Shown here in pieces: positions 32,877 through 45,878 of a stretch of DNA of 64,000 nucleotides. The notes below the pieces were generated by a model. The model was given only the letters and a program-made list of their open reading frames with translations. It was not told the DNA's origin and did no database searches. The first letter of the stretch is position 1. Each line of letters starts with the position of its first letter. The position numbers were made by a program, and so were the translations under genes. Location: assembly GCA_963693365.1 (NCBI GenBank), contig CAVNZM010000002.1:11278328-11342327 (forward strand), given 5' to 3'. The stretch comes from Amoebidium appalachense. Its lineage: Eukaryota; Protista; Ichthyosporea.

Positions 32877-34128
32877 ACACACACTCACTCACTCACTCAC
32901 TCACTCACTCACTCAACCTTCACTCCTATTTCTCTGTGTGCCTGTCTCTCGCCTTTTCCCCCCCTCTCGAGCTTGCACACACTCGACACCCACACCCCTT
33001 AACAGTATACCAACAGTATTCTTACGATTTGCAACATTTGATGCGCCTAGTGCAATACTCCCATGCGAACATCTTTTTCATTGCCCTCACTTGCACCATC
33101 CTCGACCCTTACCGCCTGTAGATCCGAAAGCTCGAATATTGCACCTCGTTTATAGTCAGCCTTTAACCAAAATTGATCAATTTTCACCAAATTGCAAGGG
33201 GGACACATACGGGGTGCCATGAACTTCTGTGAGGAGAAAGATGCTGTTGCTTATGTGGACAGTCTGAGGCGTGCCCGTAGGGCCCAGATGGCTACATCCA
33301 GGCCCCTGCGTCCGGCGCTCATCATTGTGCACTGCGAATTTTCACAGAAGAGGGGCCCATCACTGTATAGAACCCCCTCCCCCCCCCTTCTCAACCCCCT
33401 TTCTTTTCAATGCATTCCCCCCACCATGATCACCACGCAAACAAACACACATAAGCATAGGTGTAGGGGGATACGGAAGTCCTCCTATACTACTGTGGCG
33501 GGCAGTGTATGAACTTGCGCATGTATCAAAACGAAGGCCTCTAGATGAGCAATGGGACAGGCAGTATGCCCGACGAGTTTTTACGGGGTTAGAATGTTAT
33601 TTCCAAAAGGGGTATACCGTGTTTTAGTGGTATTTGCAAAAGAGTGCATAGAGGGATAGTGTTATGTCTAAGCAGTGTAGCAGGTAAGTGGTATGGCCAA
33701 GTGGTCAATTGGTTAGGTGGTATGGCCAAAGTGGTCAAGTGGTTAGGTGGTATGGCCAGACTCTTTGGCCTTCATTCTGATCTGCTACAGATATCCTTCT
33801 CCTCTCCTGCCCTTCTCCTTTGTCTCCTTTTACGTTACCTGTTGGATCTAGCCATTTCCTGTGATGGCATAATATCTCCGCCCAACGGATGAGCACACGT
33901 TTTTCTCAATATATTGTGTTGCTTTGTTGATCAACTATGATAACCACAAATGGGAAATCCTAACTGGCCTGCAACCAATCAGGTACAAGACGCTGCGCAC
34001 GCAAGATCGGCTGATGCACGTTGCCGATTATCCTAATTTGGAATTCCCCGAGCTCTATGTGCTTAAGGGGGGCTACAGCGCATTCTTTGCCGAGTTCATG
34101 GTGGGTTGGCCCTTTGTGTTTTTTTGTT

Positions 34129-34163
<35 letters not shown>

Positions 34164-34431
34164 TAGATCCGTCGATGTTGGCTGGGGTTGATTTGATGCA
34201 TTAATCAATAGAGAAATATAGAGTCGAATGGATGAAGGGGTTGGGGAATGAGGGATGGAGGTATATATACAACATCATTTGCAACAAGTCTAACATAATC
34301 ACCGCGGGGGAGGGGGGAGGGTCCCGTGTCCTTTCAAACATCATTTTCCTCGCTAGACTATTAGTTTCAACATTCTAACAGCCCCCCCTAACCCCTTCCC
34401 TCCCCCTCCCCCCCCCTCCCCCCCAAACACA

Positions 34432-34465
<34 letters not shown>

Positions 34466-34802
34466 GAGTACTGCGAGCCACAGAACTATGTGCGCATGTG
34501 GGACTCCAACCACAAGGCAGAGCTTACTCAGCATGTGTACGCCAACCCCTCCCCCCCCCCCCCCCCCCCCCCTTTCCCCTCCCCTCCCCCTCCCTACACA
34601 CACAAACACAAACACAAACACACCCCTCGTCCTCACGCACCACACATTCATTCATACACTGCTCACTTTCCCCCCTTCCCTTTACTTTCTCTCGTTACCT
34701 TTCCCTAAAACCTGGTCTTCTCGTTTGCTTTTGCCCATCCTTTTCTTCGTTGCTGTCTCAGCTACCCCCCCTCTAAACTCCCTGCGCCTTCCCCCCTCCC
34801 CC

Positions 34803-34836
<34 letters not shown>

Positions 34837-35083
34837 CCCCCGGCCTCCCCCTTCCTCCTCTTACTCAACACCAGTTGCCTATTTTTGTTTGCCCCTTCAT
34901 TCACTTCCATATAAGGCAACTCACATGCCCCTCCTTCCATAAGGGGTAAGTGGCGCCGGTCCAAGTCATGGAGTGCCACTACACGCACCCAACCCCAACC
35001 CGCCACCTCCCGTGGATTGCCCAAATTCGGTGCACCACAGGTACTACTCCCAATCCCCCAAAACCCCCTTTCCCCCCCCCCCC

Positions 35084-35114
<31 letters not shown>

Positions 35115-35504
35115 ACACACGCGCACACACACACACTCTTCTTCCCATCGTTACCCCTTCCCGCCGTAGTTGCTCTCTATTGCCCCATTCTCTTTTCGTC
35201 ACACCCAACCCCACTCCCCGTCTCCCTGCCCTCTGCATTTTTTTACATGTTTTTTCTTTCGTGTATGTACATCACACAGCCTTTCTGCTGTCAAAGAATG
35301 CGGGTTCCGTTTTATCACTGTAGCCAGCCGGGGTGGCTTCCTCCCCCTCCCCCCCCCCCCCCCCCCCCCCCCCCCTCAACTCATTCCCTCTGCAAAAAAA
35401 TCGTGATGAACTTGAGTTTACTCTTCTCTCACACCGTCCAATGGCCCTCACTCTTTGCAGCTTTTCTTTGAACCCCATCTTCACTTAGAGTCATCTGATG
35501 TAAC

Positions 35505-35544
<40 letters not shown>

Positions 35545-35589
35545 TTCTCTCTCCGGTGTGTGTGTGTGTGTGTGTGTGTGTGTTCTTGA

Positions 35590-35629
<40 letters not shown>

Positions 35630-35734
35630 TGATTCTGGCCTGCACGTATTTTTGGGTGTTGTTTTGTGTTTATGGGTGAGCTTCTATGTCTTTGCTTCCA
35701 TATTTCCCACACTTCCAATCTCTAACACTTATTC

Positions 35735-35783
<49 letters not shown>

Positions 35784-35888
35784 TGATTCTGGCCTGCACG
35801 TATTTTTGGGTGTTGTTTTGTGTTTATGGGTGAGCTTCTATGTCTTTGCTTCCATATTTCCCACACTTCCAATCTCTAACACTTATTC

Positions 35889-35934
<46 letters not shown>

Positions 35935-36039
35935 TGATTCTGGCCTGCACGTATTTTTGGGTGTTGTTTTGTGTTTATGGGTGAGCTTCTATGTCTTTGC
36001 TTCCATATTTCCCACACTTCCAATCTCTAACACTTATTC

Positions 36040-36093
<54 letters not shown>

Positions 36094-36301
36094 GGGGGGG
36101 CCCCCAACCACCACCACTACCAGCACCTACCCACTCCTTTTCTTCTTTTCTTTCTCTTCTTCCCCCCCCCCCCCCCCCCCCCCCTCTCTCCCCCGAAAAA
36201 TGCAGGCCCAAGGATTTTCGCACGCAATGACGGCCACCAATGGTGGATCACAATCAACACTGTACGAGTCGGAGGGGGATGTGGAGATGGGTGGATGCTG
36301 A
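28443..36301 (+). CDS. cdc25: Cdc25 / M-phase inducer dual-specificity phosphatase (rhodanese fold), multi-exon
   Basis: Exons encode CHYLDPAT (~31471-31553), IHIFDARFPYEFE (~32295-32379), GGHIRGAMN..IIVHCEFSQKRGP (catalytic HCX5R at 33330), RTQDR..YPNLEFPELYVLKGGYSAFF (~33983-34100) and YCEPQNYVRMW (~34465-34535). The N-terminal regulatory exons and the last exon (~36206-36301) are less certain. Confidence 0.95.
33691..33759. repeat. ~30-bp minisatellite, 2.3 copies, in a Cdc25 intron
   Basis: GGTATGGCCAA(A)GTGGTCAA.TGGTTAGGT repeated. Confidence 0.8.
35592..36091. repeat. Tandem array: three identical ~107-bp units separated by 35-50-nt poly(C) runs
   Basis: GTGATTCTGGCCTGCACG...CTCTAACACTTATTCT starts at 35629, 35783 and 35934, each bounded by C-runs. 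Confidence 0.95.
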
Positions 36302-38360
36302 GCACGTGTGTGTGTACGTGGATGTGGGTGTGTGTTGATAACGACAGCCCGTGTGTGAGTGCGAAGAAGTTGGTCAGTGACGCGATTTGGCGGGAAATAC
36401 GTGCCAAGTATATACTCATGCACACACATGTGTGCACGTGCACCCACACACACACACACACACACACACTCAAGACACACTCGGCAACGATGGTTCAATT
36501 GAGTTACTTTTTTTTTTGGAGACCCCTTCTTTTCGTTTCTTCTTCTTTCTTCTTTTTTTTTTTTTTTCTTTTTTTTTTCCCCCTTTCCCCTAGAGGCATT
36601 CCGCCTTTGAACAATTGGTCTTCCCTTCTAAATGGCGCAGTCGCAGAACTACTAGAACACCGTGATCCACACCCACAGATCTACTTTATAACTTGAGAAT
36701 GTACCTGCAACGCTTTGCTATGCAAACCGTTGTGTGTGTTGTTGTAATTGAATATGTTTCACCCCCTTTAAAACCACACCACCATCTTTGTGTCACCCTA
36801 CACATGTTGCGGCTGCATAAATTTGGGTGTCCCAGCGAGAGTTTTGTAAGCGAGAAACACGTGTTCACGCGAAGGCACACACACAACATGCGATCACGCA
36901 TGCACACACAACAAAAGGCGACAGACACAAGCGCAGAAGTACAATTGAGAGTGTGTTTGTATTGAGATATTTTGGCCCCTGGCCAGATATTTTTTTTTTT
37001 TGGGGGGGGGGGGGGGGAGTTCCCTAAGTTCTCCGTTTTGTAGGCTTAACCCGAGTTTTGCTGGTCATTTTCCCTTTTGAGGGGGTTTTGAACTGCTTAA
37101 GGAGTGCACATAGCCGGGTGCTTGTGCGCGCTAGTATGCAGGTTAACTTATGGATTTGGTAATTTGTAACATGTGCCATGGGTAGATTGTATTTATGGTT
37201 GACGCTAATAAAAGATTCAAACAGACAGAGCCATTCACACGTTCTAATGCTGATGCGTGCCTACTAGCAGCTAAGACGTGTGGTATATGCAGGTGGTGCC
37301 AGCCTTTTTTTTTGGGGGGGGGGGGGGGGGTACACCTTTAAATTTAGTTACACATCGTACAGCACGAAAAATGTGTGATGGCAGGTGTGCATATGCATGA
37401 GACGAATACATGTTGCAAACGGTTGGGTGCACATTCAAATTTCTGGTCGGTGTGGTGCGACGGTGAGACTGTACCCCAGATGTATGCATACTGTACCAGG
37501 GTGCCTCTCGAACAGCTGCACTAATACAGAGTGACGTGCTTGGAAATATAGACTCAGCCAGTGTCATATATGCATCATATGAGGGACATGTATGCCGAAG
37601 ATTCACAAACCGTTGGCAACAAGTACAGCAAGATGGTCGTGACTTTCAAGCCGGACTGATATGTATATACACATGGAGACATATATCATGTATGTGTGTA
37701 CCTAGGCCTTAATAAGCTTATGTGCACGTGAGCAGCACCAAATTAACGGCCGCGAGTTGAGCAGACTGGAGTTGCAATTGGGCCATGTGCAATTAAGGCC
37801 ATGGCCATAATATAATTCCACTGCCCTGTGGCCAAAATATGGGTGGGAAGCTGGTAGTGCTGGTGATGCACTGGTACTGTAGTACCGTGTTCCTGTGTTG
37901 GTAGGGGGGGGGGGCCGGGGGGGGAAGGGGAGGGGGGGGGGGGCATGGCATGGCATGGCATGTGTAAAGGAAGGTCTCTGCGGGGGCTGGCAAGGCCCTG
38001 CATATATTACAGTTCTTACATGTAGGAGGGATAAATGCATTTACATATTAATATACGTGTATCTTCAAGTTGTCAATACTGTAGAATGCGTGATCAGCCT
38101 TATCAACCACTGATATTTTTGATGAGTGTATCGAAATCATATATGCATAAGGACCCAAACTTCAAAAAGGTCTAGAGTTTTATTATAGGAAGTCTTTTTT
38201 ATCGGCCGTCTTCAACTAATCAAAATGTATACGTTTCCAACGGTGCGCATCCATGCACACAGTCCAAGCCAACGTGATACCAACAACACGAATGCACCAT
38301 AGACGTCGCATGGGGCTATCTTTATTCTTTTATTTTTTTTATTTTTTTTTGTTTGTTTGT

Positions 38361-38396
<36 letters not shown>

Positions 38397-38679
38397 CCTG
38401 AAAGCCTTGACAATTAGCCATAGTACATATCTACGGGGCCAAAGCCCGGGAAAATGAAGAAAACAGGAAAAAGTCGAAAAAGTCTGTATCGCACAACTTC
38501 AACCATCTTAGTGTACCTGGATGTGGTCAGGCCTGCCCAACCTGGACTTACAGTAACACCTATAGAACAAATCATGCACAGTAGAAAGAAACTCACACGA
38601 TTCTATACACATCGCACGGACATCAAAACAGGAGCTCTTCACATATCTTTTACAAACAGGCGAATGCATTCTATGTTTT

Positions 38680-39297
38680 TTATGTTGCGCACGCGGCCCT
38701 ATACATCCAATCACCAAATCGGACAGACCCTGTCGGGTTATGCATCAGCCACCCCTCCCCATTCGTCTCTGCACCAAGGGTGGGGTCCACGATGAAAGTT
38801 GAGGCATCCCGGCCCCTTTTCCCGCTGTATGTCACAACTTCATCATCGCACATGACAGTCCCCCCCGAAAATGTATCTGGATTCGGGTCATTTGCGTAGA
38901 AAACCCCCCCCCAAGTCCTTCACCGTGTAAGAAAACGAAAGTGTGCATTCCGTGTTTGCTTTGATGTAAGCCGAGCACTGAGTTGCTGTTGAAATGCGAG
39001 AAAGTGGGCATCGCCCTATGAGACCGCTGATTGTCATCATGGATTCGCCGTCAAATTCCAGTATTGGGGGGCTCAATAGCGATCATGGGTGGTTGCAGTT
39101 ATATGCAAAGACACCGAAATTGGGTGACGCCAGCTGCAGGTGTACGCGTGTGAGTGGGAGTGACTTGGTGAGTGAGTGAGTGTGTGTATGAAGAGAGTGT
39201 GTGTGTGTGTGTGTGTTGTGTGTGCTCACACGCGTGAGGAGGGGCCGGGTGCTGAATGTTTATGTGTGCATGTGTGCGGATCAGGAGGAAAGGGGAT

Positions 39298-39368
<71 letters not shown>

Positions 39369-39378
39369 TGAGTGAGCG

Positions 39379-39409
<31 letters not shown>

Positions 39410-39870
39410 TATATGTGTGTGTGCTATCACACGTAGGCAGGGGGGTAGAAGATTGATGTGTGCGTGTGTGCAGATCAGGAGCGAAGGGGAACGGTGTGAT
39501 GCGTTGGTTTGTGTATCTTTGAGTGTGTTCCTGTGTAGTGGCAGATTGTGGCACAGACGGAGACCGGCTCGGGGAGAAGAAAATGGTGGGTGCGTGAGTG
39601 GGTGAAGAAAGGGGGGGTGGGTGGGTGCACGTGGGTGGGGGGGGGGGTGGTTGGGGGGGGGGGGTTAGGGAGAGTGTATATCTCTGGGCGTGTCCATGTG
39701 TGTGTGTCTAAATGTGTGTTGTCCGTGTATGGTCAGAGTGGGTGGGGAAATGAGGGGGAGGAGGCGAGGTGTTATATTATAGCAACACAAAACACTTGGT
39801 GATAAAACTACAAGCAACAAAGCAGTCACACTCGACCAACACCAAGCCTATCGAGTCAATGTTGACATTA
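38680..39870 (-). pseudogene. Possible degraded or mis-assembled gene for a small secreted protein
   Basis: Coding-like text ..TECTLSFSYTVKDLGG/FYANDPNPDTFSGGTVMCDDEVVTYSG..GWLMHNPTGSVRFGDWMYRAACAT* is broken by a 1-nt shift in a G9 run (~38904-38912). A signal-peptide-like segment AWCWSSVTALLLVVLSPSVLC near 39780-39850 follows an in-frame TAG. Confidence 0.3.
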
Positions 39871-40109
39871 GGAGCGGCACAATAAGACAAGTTAAATGAG
39901 AAAGAACCCGGGGAAGGGGCAGACGGGATCAAAGGGGGGGGGGGGGGGGGGTTGAGGGGGGGGGGAAGAAGGGGGGGGGGGGGGGGGGGGGGGATGCCTG
40001 CACAAAGAATTGTTTTGATCCAATAATCTTTCGTGTCAATGCTAGTTGGCTAGCTTTTCCGTCCTCGCTAGGTGTGTGTGTTTGTGTGTGCGGCAGCGGC
40101 GGCCGGAGG

Positions 40110-40150
<41 letters not shown>

Positions 40151-40683
40151 TTGCAAGGATAGTAAGGGTGTTTGACTGTGGTGCTGGAACTAAGCAACGG
40201 AGAGGCAAAGAAAGAGGCCTAGGGTTGGGAACAAGATGAGGTGCCAAGGTGTGTGGGTGGGTGGGTGGGTGGGTAGGTGGGTGGGTGGGCGGGTGCCAAA
40301 AGTTAAGTTTTTGGGTTCTTAAATCATAAGTTAAGATAGTGGACCAACGTTACACACACACACTTCGAAACGTTTGTTTTTGGGTTTCTAAATCATTAAT
40401 ACAGTGGACTGTGTCTGTGATGTCGGTTGCAGTGTTAGTTAACTACTCTGGCTGTTAAATTTATGGAGTGAACGTGAACAGGCTCGTGCTTGTGACCCAC
40501 GGCCCAATAGAAAAGGTTTTTGATGTTGTCATCAGGCGTGCATGCAGAGAGCTCAAGCATCAAACCTTTGGCTTAAGCAGTGCCCTTTATTCCATTACAC
40601 TAGTACAAGCCTTAGTGACTCCCGTCATTCTCCCCCCCCCCCCCCCCCCCCCCCCTCTTCCTTAGTATACCACACTCAATTGC

Positions 40684-40741
<58 letters not shown>

Positions 40742-40820
40742 TACACACACACACACGTGTACACACACACACACACACACACGTGTACACACACACACAC
40801 GTGTACACACACACACACGT

Positions 40821-40891
<71 letters not shown>

Positions 40892-40899
40892 ACACGTGT

Positions 40900-41165
40900 A
40901 TTCGCCTTAGATATTCGGGTGATAAGCTTAGTCAGTAAGTTGTCTGGACTGGATACTTGGGCCTGATAATCAGGGCACAAATAGGATACTTTTGATATAT
41001 CTTTTGATATTCAGGGAGGTTTTCGGGATATGTTGAGATGATACTCAGGGGATTCGCCAAAAAAAAAAAAAAAAAACGGGATAATCTGGGGCCTTTGCGA
41101 TATTTTCGTGATATATCCAGGTTGATACTCAGGGCGAAAAACAGGATATTTTCATAAGGGCCTAG
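40900..41165. repeat. GATA-motif-dense ~260-bp element (possible MITE/subterminal repeat)
   Basis: About 14 GATA(T/C/A) cores in the same orientation at roughly 10-25-bp intervals. Confidence 0.45.
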
Positions 41166-41414
41166 TGACATTTGCTCACACATGGTGTCGACTGTGAGCC
41201 TCGTGAGGCACCAAATAGATTTCGGAAAACGCAAAAAAAAAAATCACCGCTTTAGTCCAATAGGAAATATAACTATATAAAAAGACCAAAGGAGCGTATA
41301 AACAAGTCAAAACACATAAAAATCACGTGCTTGGGACCAAAAGTGACTACGAAACACGCCTTTATCTATTAAGCACTCTCCAGGCAGCGTTTACAATACC
41401 CGGCTATTACTGTC

Positions 41415-41660
41415 ACTAGATGACTTCCACTACACAACTTGTTGTACGTTTCTTACTGGCCTTTCCACACCTATTTCTAGACGCCTTTTCGATTCTTTAT
41501 ATGCACTCACACCACCATCACAACGCATACACGAATTAGCCCTTAAATTTCACGAGTACATCACCCGCCTATCCGCCATTGCCCCGACGCATACACTCTT
41601 CCGGCTACACGCATCCCCGCTGGACTCGCCCCTACACGCATCCCCGCTGGACTCGCCCCT
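41415..41660 (+). mobile_element. Internal fragment of LINE family C
   Basis: CACTAGATGACTTCCACTACACAACTTGTTGTACGTTTCT...GGACTCGCCCCT matches 56569-56790; ends in a 27-bp tandem duplication. Confidence 0.9.
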
Positions 41661-42446
41661 GCATAATAATTAAAGTTTTTTGCATAATAATTATGCTAAA
41701 AGCGAGTTTATTAAGCTCGTGTGGTTGGGCCCTCAGCAGTAAGTATCAAAGTGTATTTGCACTTCCGTATTTACTATATGTATTGAGAGTACTCCAAAGT
41801 CCGAGTTAGTCAGCCCCGGCACGTGTTTATACACCTATGCTGATTGAACGTTTTATGTGTAGTCACGCGTGAACTTGTGCATTGCAGCTGTGGAATCCGA
41901 GAATTTGAGTTCCGCTGAACATTCTTACCACGCCAAAAGACCAACCACCAATCAAAATACGAGCAAGCACCTTTATTAACTTTGAATTAAATGTAATAAC
42001 CTTTTTGATCCATTGGAATGTCGTTTTATTGCGGAACAGGGTTGCTTATTACATTTTTTGTATAGGTAGCTATGAGGACTCCACTTCAAACAACACAGTC
42101 TGACAGTGACAGTGTTTTCAATTTATAGCACCATCATCTTCGGGTTTCCCAGGTTTTCCCGGGATTCCCTAAAGAATACCGAATGCAATGGTCCTGGAAT
42201 GGCCTTAGTAGAGATGGTTGATGTAAACAAGACCTGCTCCCCTTATCACTGAATACAGAGCCCCAGGCGAAACAAACAAACAAACAAACAAACAAAACAA
42301 AATTATAATCTTTCAAAATTCATGGAACTTACACTAATGTGAGTTGTGATAGGCCAAGGCATTCGTGTACGAGTGTACTAAAAATATATTGTACTCCCGT
42401 GTTGTCATTACACACGCCGTATTCATGTGTAAAGGTGTGCAGTGTA

Positions 42447-42517
<71 letters not shown>

Positions 42518-42524
42518 TCTCCCC

Positions 42525-42555
<31 letters not shown>

Positions 42556-42690
42556 AAAAAAAAGCAAAAGAAAAAGAAACGACAGAGGAAGAAAAAAAAA
42601 CCTATTGCGTCCTGTGCATTTTATCGCCTCCCCCACACTCACCACGCTACCAGCTCACCCAATGCGGGTAGCCGGGGGTGGGGGAGGCAG

Positions 42691-42846
42691 CTATCTAGGT
42701 TTGAACCCGTATTTCTTTCGTTCGTAGAATAAGTCCGTCTTTGAGCTTCCTAGGTTGACAATCTTAGGACAACCGTCTCTCTGTGTGTGAAAGGAGAATG
42801 TTAGATGCCAATATTAGTAAAATGTACCTGTTTACAAGCCCATCTG

Positions 42847-42911
<65 letters not shown>

Positions 42912-43348
42912 GTGTGGGTATGTGCCTGTGGTGTGGTGGTGGTGGTGGTTGGTTGGTTGGTTGGTTGGTTGGTTGGTTGGTTGGTTGGTTGGTTGGTTGG
43001 TTGGTTGGTTGGTTGGTTGGTTGGTTGGGGGGGGGGGGGGGGGGTGGGGGGATAATCGTCTGTGTGTGTGTGTGTGCGTGTCTGTTAATCAATTCCTGCG
43101 TGTTTCTTGGTCGTGTTGGCGCCCACAAATATTCATGTGTATACAATACTTGCCCATAAAAGGCAAATACACAAAAAGAAGTTGTGGTGGTGCCAGCAAG
43201 GCTAAGAGAGGGACGAAAGAGCAGGGGATGGGCGGACGGAAGACGTTAGACGAGGCCCCCGGGGGGGGGGGGGGGGGGGGGGGGGAGGGGGGGGGGGGGG
43301 GGGGGGGGCAGAGCAGATGCTGGGGGGTCCTCAACTGTGTGTGTGTTG

Positions 43349-43415
<67 letters not shown>

Positions 43416-44074
43416 GGGGGGGGGAGGGGGTGAGGGGTGAGGGGGGAGGGAGAGTGAGAGAGGAGGAGAGGGAGAAGACAGGAAGCTAGGGGAGGGAGAG
43501 AGAGAGAGAGGTAGAGAGAGGGGGGGGGGGGGAGAGAGGGGGGGGGGGGAGGGAGAGAGAGAGAGAGAGGGAGGGAGGGAGGGAGGTAGAGAGAGAGAGA
43601 GAGAGTGTGTGTGTGTGCGTGACTCGGGCGGGGGGGGGGGGGGGGGGGGGGAGGGGGAGATGTAGAGAGAAATAGAGAGAGAGAGAAAGAGAGAGAGAGA
43701 GTGTGTGTGTGAGTGGGAAAGTGAGGGAAGATTGGGGCCACTAAGGTGAGGGGTAGAAAGGGAGGAGACGGGGGATGTTTGCATTGTGGGACCCGGGAGG
43801 GGAAGGGGGGGGGGGGGGGGGGGGGGGTGTACGTCTTTCTCTTGGATGGTGCACTCCTTGCAGTAGAAGGCATCGGACACGCCGGGCCCACCGCAGATCA
43901 CACAGCGGCCCTGGTATGAGCCGTAGTTGCACTCGTCACAGATGCGCACCAGCGTGCAGGGCTTGACGTACGAGTCGCAGATCACACACTTGCCGTCACC
44001 TGTGTACAGGAGGGGAAAAAAAAAATAAGCTGGTGAAACTGTGTGGGCCGGCGAGGGGGGAAGGGTGGGTGGGT

Positions 44075-44118
<44 letters not shown>

Positions 44119-44266
44119 GTTCTAGCATACAGATCACAAAAACCAAAAAAAGCAAATGCACATGCATGTCTCTCTCTCTCTCTCTCTCTCTACCCTCCCT
44201 CCAACCCCTTTGTGCTCCTCCCCCCCCCCCCCCCCCCCGCCGCAGCCTTCCCTCATTTCCTCCCCC

Positions 44267-44307
<41 letters not shown>

Positions 44308-44515
44308 TTCTTCTCTCTTTCTATACCTTTGGCCCATCTATCCCTCCAACGCTCCCTCCATCCGTCTCCGTCTCTACCACCCCTTTCCCACCCCTCACTC
44401 GTTGCTTCTTGATCCCTCGATCCCTCCCTCCCCTCCAGCTACCATTTACGTTCAAAGCAAGCCCAGAAGCCAAACAGGGACAGGTCAAGGGTATCAATAG
44501 TAGAACAACGGTGAA

Positions 44516-44552
<37 letters not shown>

Positions 44553-44669
44553 CGTGTGTGTGTGCGTGCGAGTGTGTGTGTGTGTGCGTGTGCGTGCGTG
44601 CGTGCGTGCGTGTGTGTGTGTGTGTGTGCATTCGGGAGGGATGGGGAGGAGAGTAGTGGTGGGGGGAAA

Positions 44670-44706
<37 letters not shown>

Positions 44707-45820
44707 GAAGGGAGGGGGAAGGTGGAGGAAGGGGGGAAGTTTGAAGGCAGGACAAGGGGTATGGAAAGGAAGTGGGCAGGAGCGCGCCTCTAAGTGTATA
44801 CGTGAAGGAGGGCCGAAAAGGGTAGGGCAGGGCATGAACGAGAGAGAGAGAGTGTGTGTGTGTGTTGGGGGAGGCGCAGGGTAGGGAGGTTGCCAAAGGG
44901 GGGGGGGGAGTGTCACTTACATTTTTCACAAAGACGACCGATAGCTGTGTTATTTTTTTTATTTTATTGTTTTTTTGGAGGGGGGGGGGGGGGGGAGGGG
45001 GGGGGGGGGGGGGGGGGGGGGGGAGGCGGGGGGGAGGGGGGAGGTAAATATGGTTAGTTCGGTTCAGGCCCCCAACCCATGGCAGTGGACCTGAGGGTAT
45101 GTTATTGACACTGGCTACATGGTTAAACGTTTCCTACACCATATCCCTCCTTGTCCCCCCCCCCCCCTCCCCCCCCCCGCCCTCCCCCTCCCCCTCCCCC
45201 CAAACAACCAAACAAACAAACAAACAAACAAACAAACAAACAAACAAAACTGTCCATGGCACACAAATGCATAAAAACAAACACACACCCTCTTCAGCCT
45301 CCCATTCCCATCCACCTTCTACAAAGTATTCAACCCCCATGCCAGAGTATATTTAGCACACACTCAAAAGCAACGGCCTAAAAATTCAGACTTGCTTAGT
45401 GGTCCACCCTCCTGAGGATCGGCATAAGCCCAGTACATGAGAGGGGAACTAAAAAGAAAGGCCGAAAACAAAAAAAATAAGAACAATGTAGGGGATGAAC
45501 TGCATGGGAGGGCGGGTATACTCATGAGGATGCAACATGATCAGGTGGAAGGGAGAGGGGGGGGGGGGGGGGGGGTAAGAAAGGCATATACAGGTGACAA
45601 ACTCATGCTGAACGGACATAGGAAGTGGGATGAAGAAGGGAGTGGCACAAGGCACTTCAGAGCGAAGTGGCGCAAGAGTTGGGGAGGCAAGGAGAGGGAG
45701 GGCAGGGATGGGGAGGGGGGAGGGGGGGGGGATGGAGAGGGAGGGAGGGAGAGAATGGGAGGGAGACAGAGAGGGGGAGGTGGGGGGGTTGGAGGGGAAA
45801 AAGGAATAGACACCCACACA

Positions 45821-45878
<58 letters not shown>

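Noticed and set aside
33691-33759. tRNA gene (TGGCCAAGTGGT A-box-like)
   Set aside because: No B-box, T-arm or cloverleaf; it is a tandem repeat.
35592-36091. CRISPR-like repeat/spacer alternation
   Set aside because: The 'spacers' are identical, the 'repeats' are poly(C), the context is a eukaryotic intron and there are no cas genes.
42947-43026. Interstitial telomere
   Set aside because: Simple GGTT tetranucleotide inside an intron, not a TTAGGG-type repeat.
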